A stretch of DNA of 37,121 nucleotides from Candidatus Melainabacteria bacterium GWA2_34_9 (GTDB lineage Bacteria; Cyanobacteriota; Vampirovibrionia; Gastranaerophilales; UBA9971). The DNA lies in NCBI GenBank assembly GCA_001784535.1, contig MFRJ01000046.1, positions 1-37,121 of the forward strand, written 5' to 3'. The notes under the pieces are model-generated. The model searched no databases. It had not been told where the DNA came from and saw only the letters and a program-made list of their open reading frames with translations. Shown here piece after piece: positions 15,877 to 25,080 of the stretch (the first letter of the stretch is position 1; each line of letters starts with the position of its first letter). The translations under genes were made by a program, and so were the position numbers.

Positions 15877-17469
15877 ATGACAGCAAACGAAGTAATTGAC
15901 AGGGAAAAAGAAGACATTTGTATCACTCCTGCATTTATTGGAAAATTTACCAACATTTTCAGAAAGAAAAATCCTGATGCTTTAATTAATTCAGCTAATA
16001 GTAATAAGTTAAAGAGATCTTTAACTGCTTTCGACTTAACAATACTGGGCATAGGCGGCGTTATAGGTGCCGGAATCTTTGCTCTTTCAGGAACTGCAGC
16101 TGCAGGAAGTTCCACTCACGTTGGAGCAGGTCCGGCAGTTATGATTTCTCTTATACTTGCAGCTACTGCTTGTTGCTTATCTGCACTATGTTATGCAGAA
16201 TTTGCAGCTATGATACCGGTAGCTGGAAGTGCTTATACTTACACCTATGCTACCTTAGGAGAAATTGCGGCATGGTTTATAGGCTGGATGCTTATGCTTG
16301 AATATGCAATAGGAAATATTACTGTTGCAAGCAGCTGGTCAGGATATTTAATGAATTTTCTAAAAGGTTTTGAAGGAGTTTTACCTAATTTTATTACCAA
16401 TCCTCCATTATGGCTTATTCATCCATACAGTATTGCTGCTGAAAAATTCAAAGCCGCAGGGCTTGATCCAGCATTAAATATACCTCATTTAGGACCAATA
16501 CCTATAAGTATGGATTTGCCCGCAATTTTTATTATCGCAGTTGTTACAGCATTTTTATATGTAGGAATTAAAGAAAGTACCAAAATGGCTTTCACTATGG
16601 TTGTTGTAAAACTTATTGTGATTTGTCTTTTTATCGGAGTTGGAGCATTTTATGTAAAGCCTGATAATTGGGTTCCATTTGCTCCTAACGGAATGAAAGG
16701 AATTTTTGTAGGAGCATACCTTTTATTCTTTGCATATATCGGTTTTGATGCGGTTTCAACAGCGGCAGAAGAAACAAAAAACCCTCAAAGAGATTTACCA
16801 ATAGGTATTTTAGCTTCACTTGCAATATGCACTGTTCTTTATATGGCAGTTGCTGCTGTATTAACCGGAATGGTTCCTATGAACATGATTGACACACACG
16901 CACCTATAGCAGCTGCGATGAAGACAGTAAACCAAAATTGGATTGCAGGATTTATTTCAATAGGCGCAATAGCTGGCTTAACTTCTGTTTTATTAGTTTT
17001 ACAGCTTGGCGCTTCAAGAATTCTTTTTGCAATGTCCAGAGATAAACTTTTACCGGGTGTATTTTCCAGAATTCATTCTAAATTTCATACACCTCATATT
17101 AATACAATTATACTCGGAAGCATGATAGCCTTATTAAGTTTGGTTTTAGACCTTAATGCCGCTGCTGAACTTTGTAATATCGGAACATTTACAGCATTTT
17201 TAATGGTTTGTGTAGGAGTTCTTGTTCTTAGAAAAACTGACCCTGGTAGACACAGACCTTTTAAAGTTCCTTTTGCACCTGTAACACCTGCTTTAGGGGC
17301 ACTAATATGTCTAGTGTTGATTATTTTCGGATTGCCTTCATTCAAAACACTTATAATGTTCGGTATATGGATTACTATTGGAATGACAATATATTTCACA
17401 TACGGGTTTAAAAAGGTTTCCAGAGAACATTTAACAGAAGAAGATACAGAAATCCTGCCTTTAACTTAA
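15877..17469 (+). CDS. APC-superfamily amino acid permease (cationic amino acid transporter-like)
   Basis: 530 aa with about 12-14 hydrophobic segments. Typical APC/CAT motifs are present: LTAFDLTILGIGGVIGAGIFALSG, GPAVMISLILAA, CYAEFAAMIPVAGSAYTY, GFDAVSTAAEETKNPQRDLP. GGAGGG lies just upstream of the ATG. Confidence 0.9.
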   Translation: MTANEVIDREKEDICITPAFIGKFTNIFRKKNPDALINSANSNKLKRSLTAFDLTILGIGGVIGAGIFALSGTAAAGSSTHVGAGPAVMISLILAATACCLSALCYAEFAAMIPVAGSAYTYTYATLGEIAAWFIGWMLMLEYAIGNITVASSWSGYLMNFLKGFEGVLPNFITNPPLWLIHPYSIAAEKFKAAGLDPALNIPHLGPIPISMDLPAIFIIAVVTAFLYVGIKESTKMAFTMVVVKLIVICLFIGVGAFYVKPDNWVPFAPNGMKGIFVGAYLLFFAYIGFDAVSTAAEETKNPQRDLPIGILASLAICTVLYMAVAAVLTGMVPMNMIDTHAPIAAAMKTVNQNWIAGFISIGAIAGLTSVLLVLQLGASRILFAMSRDKLLPGVFSRIHSKFHTPHINTIILGSMIALLSLVLDLNAAAELCNIGTFTAFLMVCVGVLVLRKTDPGRHRPFKVPFAPVTPALGALICLVLIIFGLPSFKTLIMFGIWITIGMTIYFTYGFKKVSREHLTEEDTEILPLT

Positions 17470-18420
17470 ATGAGAAATCATCCAATGGCTGTAAAAACAA
17501 ATATTAATGAATTTTTGGAGCTATATGAACTTCCTCTTGAAGAGCTTATAGGGATTTCATCAAAAATAACTCAACAAAATTTCAAAAACAAAGTGGATTT
17601 TTGCAGTATCGTAAGTGCAAAAACAGGCAAATGCGGAGAAGACTGTAAATACTGCGCTCAAAGTTCTCATTACAGAACAAATATAGAAACACATTCTCTT
17701 ATTTCACTTGAAGAAGTAAAAAAATGTGCCATAAGTGCCAGAGAAAATGGAGTAACAAAGTTTTCCATTGTTACATCAGGAAGAAACCCTGAATCTGAAG
17801 ATTTTGAGAAACTTCTTGAGATGATTTCTCTTTTAAAAGAAATCGGCGGTTTTATGGTTTGCGCTTCTCTTGGTATTTTAGATGAAAAAGAACTTTTAGA
17901 ACTAAAAGAAGCAGGCCTTGAAAGATATCATCACAATATAAATACATGTAAGTCTTATCACAATGAAGTATGCACGACTCATTCATATCAAGACAGAATA
18001 AATACTATAAATTTAACAAAAAAATGCGGGCTTGAAGCTTGTTCTGGAGTTATTATAGGAATGGGAGAATCCAGACAACAAAGATCAGAAATGGCTGCCG
18101 AACTTGCAGAACTCAGACCCGCCAGTATTCCTATAAATTTTCTCTACCCTATAGAAGGAACTCCCTTTGAAATTCATACTGATTCGATTGACGCAGAGGA
18201 AATACTTAGAACTATAGCCATTTTTAGAATTGCAATGCCTGAATCAGAACTAAGATACGCAGGAGGCAGAGCTTTAAGATTTTCTCCGAAATATCAGGAA
18301 CTTGGTTTAAAAACTGGTATCAATGGTATCCTTGTAGGAAATTACCTTACTACTATAGGCATAGAACCAAAAGACGACTTGGATCTTCTTAAAAGAAGCG
18401 GGATGGAGTTAAAAATTTGA
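17470..18420 (+). CDS. bioB: biotin synthase
   Basis: 316 aa with the radical-SAM triad CGEDCKYCAQS. Other BioB motifs are FSIVTSGR, CASLG, YHHNINT, CSGVIIGMGES and IPINFL. The ATG directly follows the permease stop. An alternative start is the ATG at 17485 (MAVKTNI). Confidence 0.95.
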   Translation: MRNHPMAVKTNINEFLELYELPLEELIGISSKITQQNFKNKVDFCSIVSAKTGKCGEDCKYCAQSSHYRTNIETHSLISLEEVKKCAISARENGVTKFSIVTSGRNPESEDFEKLLEMISLLKEIGGFMVCASLGILDEKELLELKEAGLERYHHNINTCKSYHNEVCTTHSYQDRINTINLTKKCGLEACSGVIIGMGESRQQRSEMAAELAELRPASIPINFLYPIEGTPFEIHTDSIDAEEILRTIAIFRIAMPESELRYAGGRALRFSPKYQELGLKTGINGILVGNYLTTIGIEPKDDLDLLKRSGMELKI

Positions 18421-19058
18421 TTAATTATTTAAAAGGCACATTGATTTCAAAAGTAGAAGACGGTCCTTTTGGTTGTAATATTACTGTTGAAGTTAACAAT
18501 ATCGGCTATATTATTACCACTAACAAGAAAGTGGTTTCTTTGCTTCCTGAAGAAGGCAATATAGTTACTATATATACTTCTTTAATCCATAGAGAAGATA
18601 ATATGTCTTTATGCGGGTTTAATACAAGAGAAGACAGAGACTTATTTAACATTTTACAAAGTGTTTCAGGTATTGGTGTAAAGGTTGCTCTTTTGTTGCT
18701 TGGGGAATTAGGCGCATATCGCCTTGTAAGCGCAGTTATAAGCGGCGATGCAAAAGCTCTTTCTAAAACAAAAGGTGTTGGTCCAAAGATCGCTCAGAGA
18801 ATTATTCTTGAACTTAAAGATAAAATGACTAACTGGCGGGAAAAAGTTGTCTTGAAACCTTCTGAAATAACCAAAATTGATGATATTGAAATTAATCAAA
18901 GTTATATAGAAGCCGAAACCGTACTTCTTTCCCTTGGCTATACAAAAAAAGAATCTGCTGAAAGCCTTAAAAACACCTTGCCTTTAGCTAAAAATAAAGA
19001 AGATTCAGAAGAACTTTTGCAGCTGTCACTGCAATGGCTGGTATCAAAGGAAGGGTAA
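18417..19058 (+). CDS. ruvA: Holliday junction branch migration complex subunit RuvA
   Basis: 213 aa starting (M)INYLKGTL. It has helix-hairpin-helix motifs LQSVSGIGVKVALLLL and LSKTKGVGPKIAQRIILELKDK, and a C-terminal domain III, EAETVLLSLGYTKKES. The TTG start at 18417 has GGAG 9 nt upstream and overlaps the bioB stop by 4 nt. Confidence 0.9.
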   Translation: MINYLKGTLISKVEDGPFGCNITVEVNNIGYIITTNKKVVSLLPEEGNIVTIYTSLIHREDNMSLCGFNTREDRDLFNILQSVSGIGVKVALLLLGELGAYRLVSAVISGDAKALSKTKGVGPKIAQRIILELKDKMTNWREKVVLKPSEITKIDDIEINQSYIEAETVLLSLGYTKKESAESLKNTLPLAKNKEDSEELLQLSLQWLVSKEG

Positions 19059-19064
19059 TCTCTT

Positions 19065-19940
19065 ATGGCAGAAATTAAAACCATAGCAGTAATAGGATTG
19101 GGGCTAATCGGAGGCTCAATATTAAAAGGTCTGAAAGATAAAGGCTTTGAATTATTAGGAATAGCAAGAAGGAAAGAAACTATAGATCAAGCCCTTGCTG
19201 AAAATATTATCAATAAAGGCTCTACAGGCATTGAGTTGGCTTGCAAAGCCGACTTGATTTTTGTTTGTACTCCTATTAATAAAACCATTGAAACAATAAA
19301 TCTTTTAAGCTCAAAAGTAAAACCTGAAACAATAATTACTGATGTAGCCAGTCTTAAAGGCGAAATACTTGACTTTATTAATACAATCCAATCTCCTGTT
19401 AGATTCATAGGAGGTCATCCTATGGCAGGAACTGAAAACAAAGGTCTTGATACATCCTCTGAAAATCTTTTTGAGGAAGCAAAGTGGGTTTTAACCCCAT
19501 CAAAATGGTCTAATCAAGAAGATTTAATCAAGCTTAGCTCTGTTATAGAAAAATTAGGAGCAAAAATTGTAATTACAGATCCTATTCAACACGATAAAGC
19601 GGTTGCTCTTATCAGCCATATGCCTTTATTTTTGAGCCAATCATTGTTTGGGATGGTTAAAGCTTATCCAGACAAAGATATTTCAGAACTGGCATTAACG
19701 TTGGCATCCAGCGGGTTTAGGGATATGACACGGCTTGCTACAACAAATCCCGAACTTTCTAAAGATATGCTCATTCAAAATAAAGAAAACGTTGTTGCAG
19801 CTGTAAAAGAATTGAAAAAATATCTTGATGAATTAGAAAAAGAACTTATTGAAAACGAAGAAAATTTTGAAAAAACCATTGAAAAAACAGCTTCTCAAAG
19901 AAAAAAAATGTATTCTTCTGAAGGAAAAAATGTATTATAA
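19065..19940 (+). CDS. tyrA: prephenate/arogenate dehydrogenase
   Basis: 291 aa with the Rossmann motif IAVIGLGLIGGSI. It also has DVASLKG, the catalytic-region motif GGHPMAGTE, HDKAVALISHMP and GFRDMTRLA. GGAAGGG lies upstream of the ATG. Confidence 0.85.
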   Translation: MAEIKTIAVIGLGLIGGSILKGLKDKGFELLGIARRKETIDQALAENIINKGSTGIELACKADLIFVCTPINKTIETINLLSSKVKPETIITDVASLKGEILDFINTIQSPVRFIGGHPMAGTENKGLDTSSENLFEEAKWVLTPSKWSNQEDLIKLSSVIEKLGAKIVITDPIQHDKAVALISHMPLFLSQSLFGMVKAYPDKDISELALTLASSGFRDMTRLATTNPELSKDMLIQNKENVVAAVKELKKYLDELEKELIENEENFEKTIEKTASQRKKMYSSEGKNVL

Positions 19941-19972
19941 TTTTATCTTAAATCTCAAAAGGAGTTTTATAA

Positions 19973-20623
19973 ATGTCTAAAGAATTAAAAAAATATGTAG
20001 AAACAGCCTTGTTACAAGGCTTATCAAAAGAACAAATTAAAGAAAATCTTACAAATGTCGGATGGCCTAAAAGCCTTATAGATAAAATTCTATCCAATTT
20101 TAGCGGTTTGGATTCTTGTGGATTAATTATTCCAGCACCAAAGCAACAGTTTAACCAAATTGTCAAAGATATTTTTGTTTATTCTATTGTATTTATAACA
20201 TTAACAATGTCTTCTTTTGCAGCAGGAACGTTATTATTTAAATTTGTAGATTACTTGTTTAAAGATTATTTAACACAATCAAAGTATTCTTCTATGGCTG
20301 TTAGTTGGGCGATCTCTCAATTAATTGTTGCTTTTCCTGTATATGCTTTCCTTTCTTTGCATATTGTAAAAGATCTTATAAAAAATCCTGAAAAAAGAGA
20401 ATCTCTTATAAGAAAAATGATGATTTATCTTATCCTTTTAATTACTGCAATTACAGGAATTACGGATTTAACATCCGTTTTATCAAACTTCTTTAGAGGA
20501 GAACTTTCTTTAAATTCATTTCTAGATGCTTCTGTTGTTTTTGTAATTGCAATGCTTATTTTCAGCTATTATCTTCATGAAATGAAACAAGATGATTTAT
20601 TCATTAAAGGAAAAAAACTGTAA
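19973..20623 (+). CDS. hypothetical polytopic membrane protein (small soluble N-terminal domain + ~4 TM; DUF5671-like by recollection)
   Basis: 216 aa with a strong AAAGGAG SD. The N-terminal helical module is ALLQGLSKEQIKENLTNVGWPKSLIDKIL. It is followed by hydrophobic segments (IFVYSIVFITLTMSSFAAGTLLF, WAISQLIVAFPVYAFLSL, MMIYLILLITAITGI, ASVVFVIAMLIFSYY). The family assignment is tentative. Confidence 0.55.
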   Translation: MSKELKKYVETALLQGLSKEQIKENLTNVGWPKSLIDKILSNFSGLDSCGLIIPAPKQQFNQIVKDIFVYSIVFITLTMSSFAAGTLLFKFVDYLFKDYLTQSKYSSMAVSWAISQLIVAFPVYAFLSLHIVKDLIKNPEKRESLIRKMMIYLILLITAITGITDLTSVLSNFFRGELSLNSFLDASVVFVIAMLIFSYYLHEMKQDDLFIKGKKL

Positions 20624-21087
20624 TGGAAAATAATAATAATTTACAAAAAACACTATTACCTGAAATACTATTTACAATAAGCTGTTTTGTTGTATTAACA
20701 GCTATTATTGCAGGCATAATAATTACAGGAGGTCCTGAAAAACAAAGAAAAATTCGTCTTGATGAAAAAAGAGTTAATATAATAAGAAATTTATCCTATG
20801 AAATAAGAAGTTATTACAATTCAAACTCAAAACTTCCTTCAAATTTAAATTTTATTTCTGATTCAACAAAGTTTAGTGATCCTAAAACTAACAAATTACC
20901 TGATTATTCAATTATAAATGACACAAAATTCAAAATTTGCACAAAATTTGAAACATCTAGTTTTGACCTTAATAAAACATATAGCTATGACTACAATATT
21001 AAACATCCTTCAGGTTATTTTTGCGCAATTTATGAAAAAACAAAAGATAAATATGTATTTTTTAAACTTGTAAATAATGATTTATAG
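20623..21087 (+). CDS. hypothetical N-terminally anchored protein with pilin-like juxtamembrane motif
   Basis: 154 aa. The ATG overlaps the upstream stop (TAATG). There is a single N-terminal TM (ILFTISCFVVLTAIIAGIIITGG). It is followed by RLDEKRVNIIRNLSYEIRSYYNSNSKLPSNL. That resembles the R.D..R..D...I..AL..YY...G.YP pattern seen after the hydrophobic helix of type IV pilin or pseudopilin-like proteins. There is no canonical G/FTLIE prepilin site. Confidence 0.45.
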   Translation: MENNNNLQKTLLPEILFTISCFVVLTAIIAGIIITGGPEKQRKIRLDEKRVNIIRNLSYEIRSYYNSNSKLPSNLNFISDSTKFSDPKTNKLPDYSIINDTKFKICTKFETSSFDLNKTYSYDYNIKHPSGYFCAIYEKTKDKYVFFKLVNNDL

Positions 21088-21104
21088 GGAAAATTAAATA
21101 TTTT

Positions 21105-21692
21105 ATGACAAATTCTGTAAAAAAAGGGACTTTATTTGTAATTTCAGGACCGTCAGGCGTTGGAAAAGGCACTCTTGTTTCAATGCTTCGCGAAAAACAT
21201 CCTGAGATAAAACTTTCGGTGTCTGCAACAACCAGAAATCCTCGACCTGGAGAAATTAATGGCACTCATTATTTCTTCTTAACAAAAGAAGACTTCAAAA
21301 ACAGAATAGAATTAGGTGAATTTCTTGAATGGGCAGAATTTTCGGGAAATTTATATGGCACAAACAAAAATTTTGTTGAAAAAATGCTTAAAGATGGTCA
21401 AAACATAATCCTTGAAATTGAAGTTCAAGGAGCGCTTCAGGTAAAAAATAAGCTAAAAGATGTTATTTTAATATTTATAGAGCCGCCTTCTTTTGAAGAA
21501 TTAAAAGAAAGGCTTATTAAAAGATGCACAGAGACAGAAGAAGAAATTCAAAAGCGACTGGCTATTGTCAAAAAAGAACTTGAACAGAAGCATGAATTTA
21601 ATTATGTAATGATTAATGATAATCTTGATACAGCTCTTCAAAATCTTAAAACAATTATTTTAAGAGAAATTGATGGGATAAAAAACAAATGA
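21105..21692 (+). CDS. gmk: guanylate kinase
   Basis: 195 aa with the P-loop ISGPSGVGKGTL, plus SATTRNPRPGEINGTHYFF, EWAEFSGNLYGT and ILEIEVQGA. Confidence 0.95.
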   Translation: MTNSVKKGTLFVISGPSGVGKGTLVSMLREKHPEIKLSVSATTRNPRPGEINGTHYFFLTKEDFKNRIELGEFLEWAEFSGNLYGTNKNFVEKMLKDGQNIILEIEVQGALQVKNKLKDVILIFIEPPSFEELKERLIKRCTETEEEIQKRLAIVKKELEQKHEFNYVMINDNLDTALQNLKTIILREIDGIKNK

Positions 21693-22870
21693 CACTATCC
21701 GGAAAAAAAATCATAATAGGTATAACAGGCGGCATTGCGGCATACAAAACCTGCGATTTAATTAGAAAATTGATAAAGCTTAACGCTGATGTAAGAGCTG
21801 TAATTACGCCTGCTGCAAAAAAATTTGTGACCGAAACCACATTGAGGACACTCACAAGAAATTCCGTTTACTGCGAGCAGTTTGATGTTCCTGAATGGAA
21901 GCCTGAGCATATAAGTCTTGCCGACAGCGCCGATTTATTCTTAATCGTGCCTGCTTCTGCAAATACTATAGGAAAAATGGCAAACGGAATATGTGATAAC
22001 CTTCTCACTTCATTAATTGCGGCTTTTAATAAACCTGTTATTCTTGCACCGGCGATGAACTGTAATATGTGGGAAAATTCTTTTGTACAGGAAAATATTG
22101 TAAAGCTTGAAAAAGCCGGGTTTTATATAATTCCGCCTGAATCAGGAGAATTAGCATGCGGATATGAAGGAACGGGAAGACTTGCTGATATTGGCAAAAT
22201 ACTGGAAAAAGCATTGGAAATCCTTAGTAAAGAAAAGTTTTTACAAGGTAAAAAAATAATAATTACAGCAGGTGGAACAAAAGAGCCTATCGATCCGGTA
22301 AGATACATTGGAAACAGAAGCTCGGGAAAAATGGGAATTGCTTTAGCTGATGCGGCTTATAGTTTTGGTGCGGATGTTACTCTTGTTTCCACAATAAAAG
22401 TTGATAAACCTTATAAGATTATAAATCTTTCCACAGCTATGGAAATGCTTGAGACTGTTAAAAACGAATTTTCTCAGGTTGATGCTTTAATAATGGCGGC
22501 GGCTGTCGCTGATTTCAGAGTTAATAGTACTTCTGATCATAAAATAAAAAAAGGCGAAAAAGAAAATATAACTCTTGAATTAGTCAAAAATCCTGATATA
22601 TTAAAAGAAATTTCTAAGATAAAAAGAGATAACCAAGTATTAGTAGGCTTTTGCGCGGAAAGTCAGGACTTAATCGAAAATGCCAAAAAGAAAATTGGAA
22701 GCAAAAATCTTGATTTTATTATAGCTAACGATATTTCTGATAAAGAAATCGGGTTTAACAGCGATTACAATGCTGTTACAATTATAGACAAATTCATGAA
22801 CGAAATTAAAATTGACAAAACACTTAAAAAAGAGCTGGCAAAGATTATTTTAAAAGAGATTTTTAAATAA
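21689..22870 (+). CDS. coaBC: bifunctional phosphopantothenoylcysteine decarboxylase / phosphopantothenate-cysteine ligase
   Basis: 393 aa. The N-terminal flavoprotein domain has IIIGITGGIAAYK, PASANTIGKMANGICDNLL and APAMN. The C-terminal CoaB domain has ITAGGTKEPIDPVRYIGNRSSGKMG, MAAAVADF, and KIKK. It overlaps gmk at an ATGA junction. Confidence 0.95.
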   Translation: MTLSGKKIIIGITGGIAAYKTCDLIRKLIKLNADVRAVITPAAKKFVTETTLRTLTRNSVYCEQFDVPEWKPEHISLADSADLFLIVPASANTIGKMANGICDNLLTSLIAAFNKPVILAPAMNCNMWENSFVQENIVKLEKAGFYIIPPESGELACGYEGTGRLADIGKILEKALEILSKEKFLQGKKIIITAGGTKEPIDPVRYIGNRSSGKMGIALADAAYSFGADVTLVSTIKVDKPYKIINLSTAMEMLETVKNEFSQVDALIMAAAVADFRVNSTSDHKIKKGEKENITLELVKNPDILKEISKIKRDNQVLVGFCAESQDLIENAKKKIGSKNLDFIIANDISDKEIGFNSDYNAVTIIDKFMNEIKIDKTLKKELAKIILKEIFK

Positions 22871-22873
22871 AAT

Positions 22874-23638
22874 ATGACTAATTTAAATAAAATAATTGAA
22901 AAAATTGAGAAATTTGCCCCGCCGGAGCTTGCAAGCGATTGGGACAATTCAGGTTGGCAGGTTTATCTTGGTAATAATTCAGTAAGCAAAATACTTCTTG
23001 CTTTAACCTGCACGATTGATATCGTTGAACAGGCGATAAAAAACAACTGTAATTTAATAATTTCACATCATCCATTGATTTTCGAGAAGATTAATAATAT
23101 TTCAACCGAGAATAATGCTATTTTGCCCGTAATTAAGGCTATACAGAACAATATTCAGGTTTATTCTGCGCATACAAATCTAGATTCTGCGCAGGGCGGA
23201 ATTGCAGATAAGCTTGCAGAGTTATTAGACTTGAAAGATATTATGTTTCTGGTGCAAATACCGGAAGATTTCAGGCTTGGAAGAGTTGGAGAACTTGAAA
23301 AAGAAAAAGAACTTAATATATTTATCAAAGAACTGAAAGAAATCCTTAAAATAGACAAAATAAAACTTATAAATCATTCAAACAAAACTAAGGTCAAGAA
23401 AATTGCCGTGATCCCTGGAAGCGGAACAAGTTTTATTCCAAAAATAAAAGATATTGATGTTCTCATAACCGGAGACGTGAAATACCACAACGCTTTGGAT
23501 GCAAAAGATTTTATTGTATTAGATGCAGGGCATTTTGAAACAGAAAGAATTATTCTGCCTGTTTTAAAAGATCTTTTGAATGAATTTTCTATCGAAGCGC
23601 TTATAGCAGAAGAAAATCCGCCATGGACAATTTTATAA
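22874..23638 (+). CDS. Nif3-like dinuclear metal center protein (YbgI/GTP cyclohydrolase 1 type 2 homologue)
   Basis: 254 aa with ASDWDNSGWQV, LIISHHPLIF, YSAHTNLD, LITGDVKYH and AGHFETE. Confidence 0.9.
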   Translation: MTNLNKIIEKIEKFAPPELASDWDNSGWQVYLGNNSVSKILLALTCTIDIVEQAIKNNCNLIISHHPLIFEKINNISTENNAILPVIKAIQNNIQVYSAHTNLDSAQGGIADKLAELLDLKDIMFLVQIPEDFRLGRVGELEKEKELNIFIKELKEILKIDKIKLINHSNKTKVKKIAVIPGSGTSFIPKIKDIDVLITGDVKYHNALDAKDFIVLDAGHFETERIILPVLKDLLNEFSIEALIAEENPPWTIL

Positions 23639-23700
23639 ATAAAAATTTTGGAACTTTTAAATTGCAAATGCGTCAAAAATTTTTGAATGCCGTATTTGCC

Positions 23701-23735
23701 AAAGCCTTTTTAAATAAAAAGGCTTTTTCTTTTTA
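23701..23735 (+). terminator. Rho-independent terminator after the gmk-coaBC-nif3 cluster
   Basis: The stem is AAAGCCTTTTT-aaat-AAAAAGGCTTT, 11 bp and perfect, followed by TTCTTTT. It lies 63 nt downstream of the Nif3-like stop. Confidence 0.7.
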
Positions 23736-23772
23736 CGGTGAAGCGAAAGTATTTTTCAGTTAAAATAATATT

Positions 23773-25080
23773 ATGAAAAAGATTGCAATTCATACACTTG
23801 GATGCAGGGCAAATCAGCTCGAATCCTCTATAATTTCTGATAAATTTATGGAACTTGGCTGGGAAATCATAAAATTTAGCGAAGTTGCAGATGTTTATGT
23901 AATCAATACCTGCTCCGTAACCGGAAAAAGCGATAACGAATCAAGATATTACGCGAGAAAAGCAAAAAAAACAAACCCTGATGCCAAAATAATTCTTTGC
24001 GGATGCTACACACAGGTTTCCCCTGAAGAAGCTGCTCAGCTTGATGAAGTTGATCTGGTTCTAGGAAACACCGAAAAGCTTGAAATAGCCGAATTAATCA
24101 CAAATGGCAAAATTTTTGAGCAGGAAAACAAAATCTATGTTTCTGACATTATGCAACAAGATAAATTTCAGGACAAAGTTGTTTTTTCAGCCTCCGGTAG
24201 AACCAGGGCTAATATTAAAGTTCAGGACGGCTGCAATTTCAGATGCTCTTACTGTATAGTGCCTTATGCAAGAGGAAAAAGTAGAAGCAACGAGCTGCAA
24301 AATATAATTAATCAGGTTAATGAAATTACAAAACAAGGGTTTCAGGAATTAGTACTTTCAGGAATACATCTTGGTCAATGGGGGCTTGATTTAACTCCTA
24401 AAACCCACCTTGCTGATTTAATTAAAGAAATTGAGAAAATAGAAAGCTTGAAAAGATTCAGATTAAGCTCAATTGATCCTATGGAATTTACTGATGAACT
24501 TATAGAAACTATTACAAATTCCGAAAAATTCTGTCGTCATTTACATATTTCTCTTCAAAGCGGAAATAATGAAATATTAAAAGCCATGAGAAGGCGCTAT
24601 AATGTTGAATATTACAACAAATTAATCGAAAAGCTTGACAAAAACATTCCTGATATAGCAATAGGAAGTGATATTATAATCGGGTTTCCGGGAGAAACCC
24701 AAGAACAATTTGAAGACACTTGCGAAAACCTGAAAAAACTTCCTATAAGCTATATTCATGTGTTTTCTTATTCAAAAAGAAAAGGTACTCCGGCGGGTTT
24801 AATAGAAAATCAGGTACCTGAAAATATAAAAAAAGAAAGAAATAAAAGGCTAACAGAGCTTGCAAAGAAAAAAAATCTTGATTTCAGGGAAAGTTTTATC
24901 GGAAAAAACCTCGAAGTGCTTATTGAGCTTGCAAGAGATAAAAAAACAGGTTTGTTAAAAGGAATGACAGACAACTTTATTCCTGTTTTAGTTGACGGCT
25001 CGGATGATTTTAAGAATAAAATCGTAAGTGTCAAAATTAAAAAAGTAGAAGATACTAATACTTTCGGGAAATTTATTTAG
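23773..25080 (+). CDS. mtaB: tRNA (t6A37) methylthiotransferase MtaB
   Basis: 435 aa. The N-terminal MTTase domain has IAIHTLGCRANQLES and VINTCSVTG. The radical-SAM motif is VQDGCNFRCSYCIVPYARG. A C-terminal TRAM-like segment follows. The lack of a MiaB-type N-terminus favours MtaB over MiaB or RimO. Confidence 0.85.
   Translation: MKKIAIHTLGCRANQLESSIISDKFMELGWEIIKFSEVADVYVINTCSVTGKSDNESRYYARKAKKTNPDAKIILCGCYTQVSPEEAAQLDEVDLVLGNTEKLEIAELITNGKIFEQENKIYVSDIMQQDKFQDKVVFSASGRTRANIKVQDGCNFRCSYCIVPYARGKSRSNELQNIINQVNEITKQGFQELVLSGIHLGQWGLDLTPKTHLADLIKEIEKIESLKRFRLSSIDPMEFTDELIETITNSEKFCRHLHISLQSGNNEILKAMRRRYNVEYYNKLIEKLDKNIPDIAIGSDIIIGFPGETQEQFEDTCENLKKLPISYIHVFSYSKRKGTPAGLIENQVPENIKKERNKRLTELAKKKNLDFRESFIGKNLEVLIELARDKKTGLLKGMTDNFIPVLVDGSDDFKNKIVSVKIKKVEDTNTFGKFI

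Noticed and set aside
15660-16115. A 79-aa plus-strand ORF (15660..15899) in the spacer before the permease, and an 84-aa minus-strand ORF (15861..16115).
   Set aside because: The first is a non-ATG-start read through an AT-rich spacer, is Phe/Tyr/Lys/Ile-rich, and runs into the permease start. The second is antisense to the permease N-terminus.
23650-23700. A nested palindrome, GCAAAT...TCAAAAATTTTTGA...ATTTGC, between the Nif3-like gene and its terminator.
   Set aside because: It is an A/T-only core with a short outer repeat, lies upstream of a clear terminator, and has no associated gene. It is plausibly a chance occurrence in AT-rich DNA.
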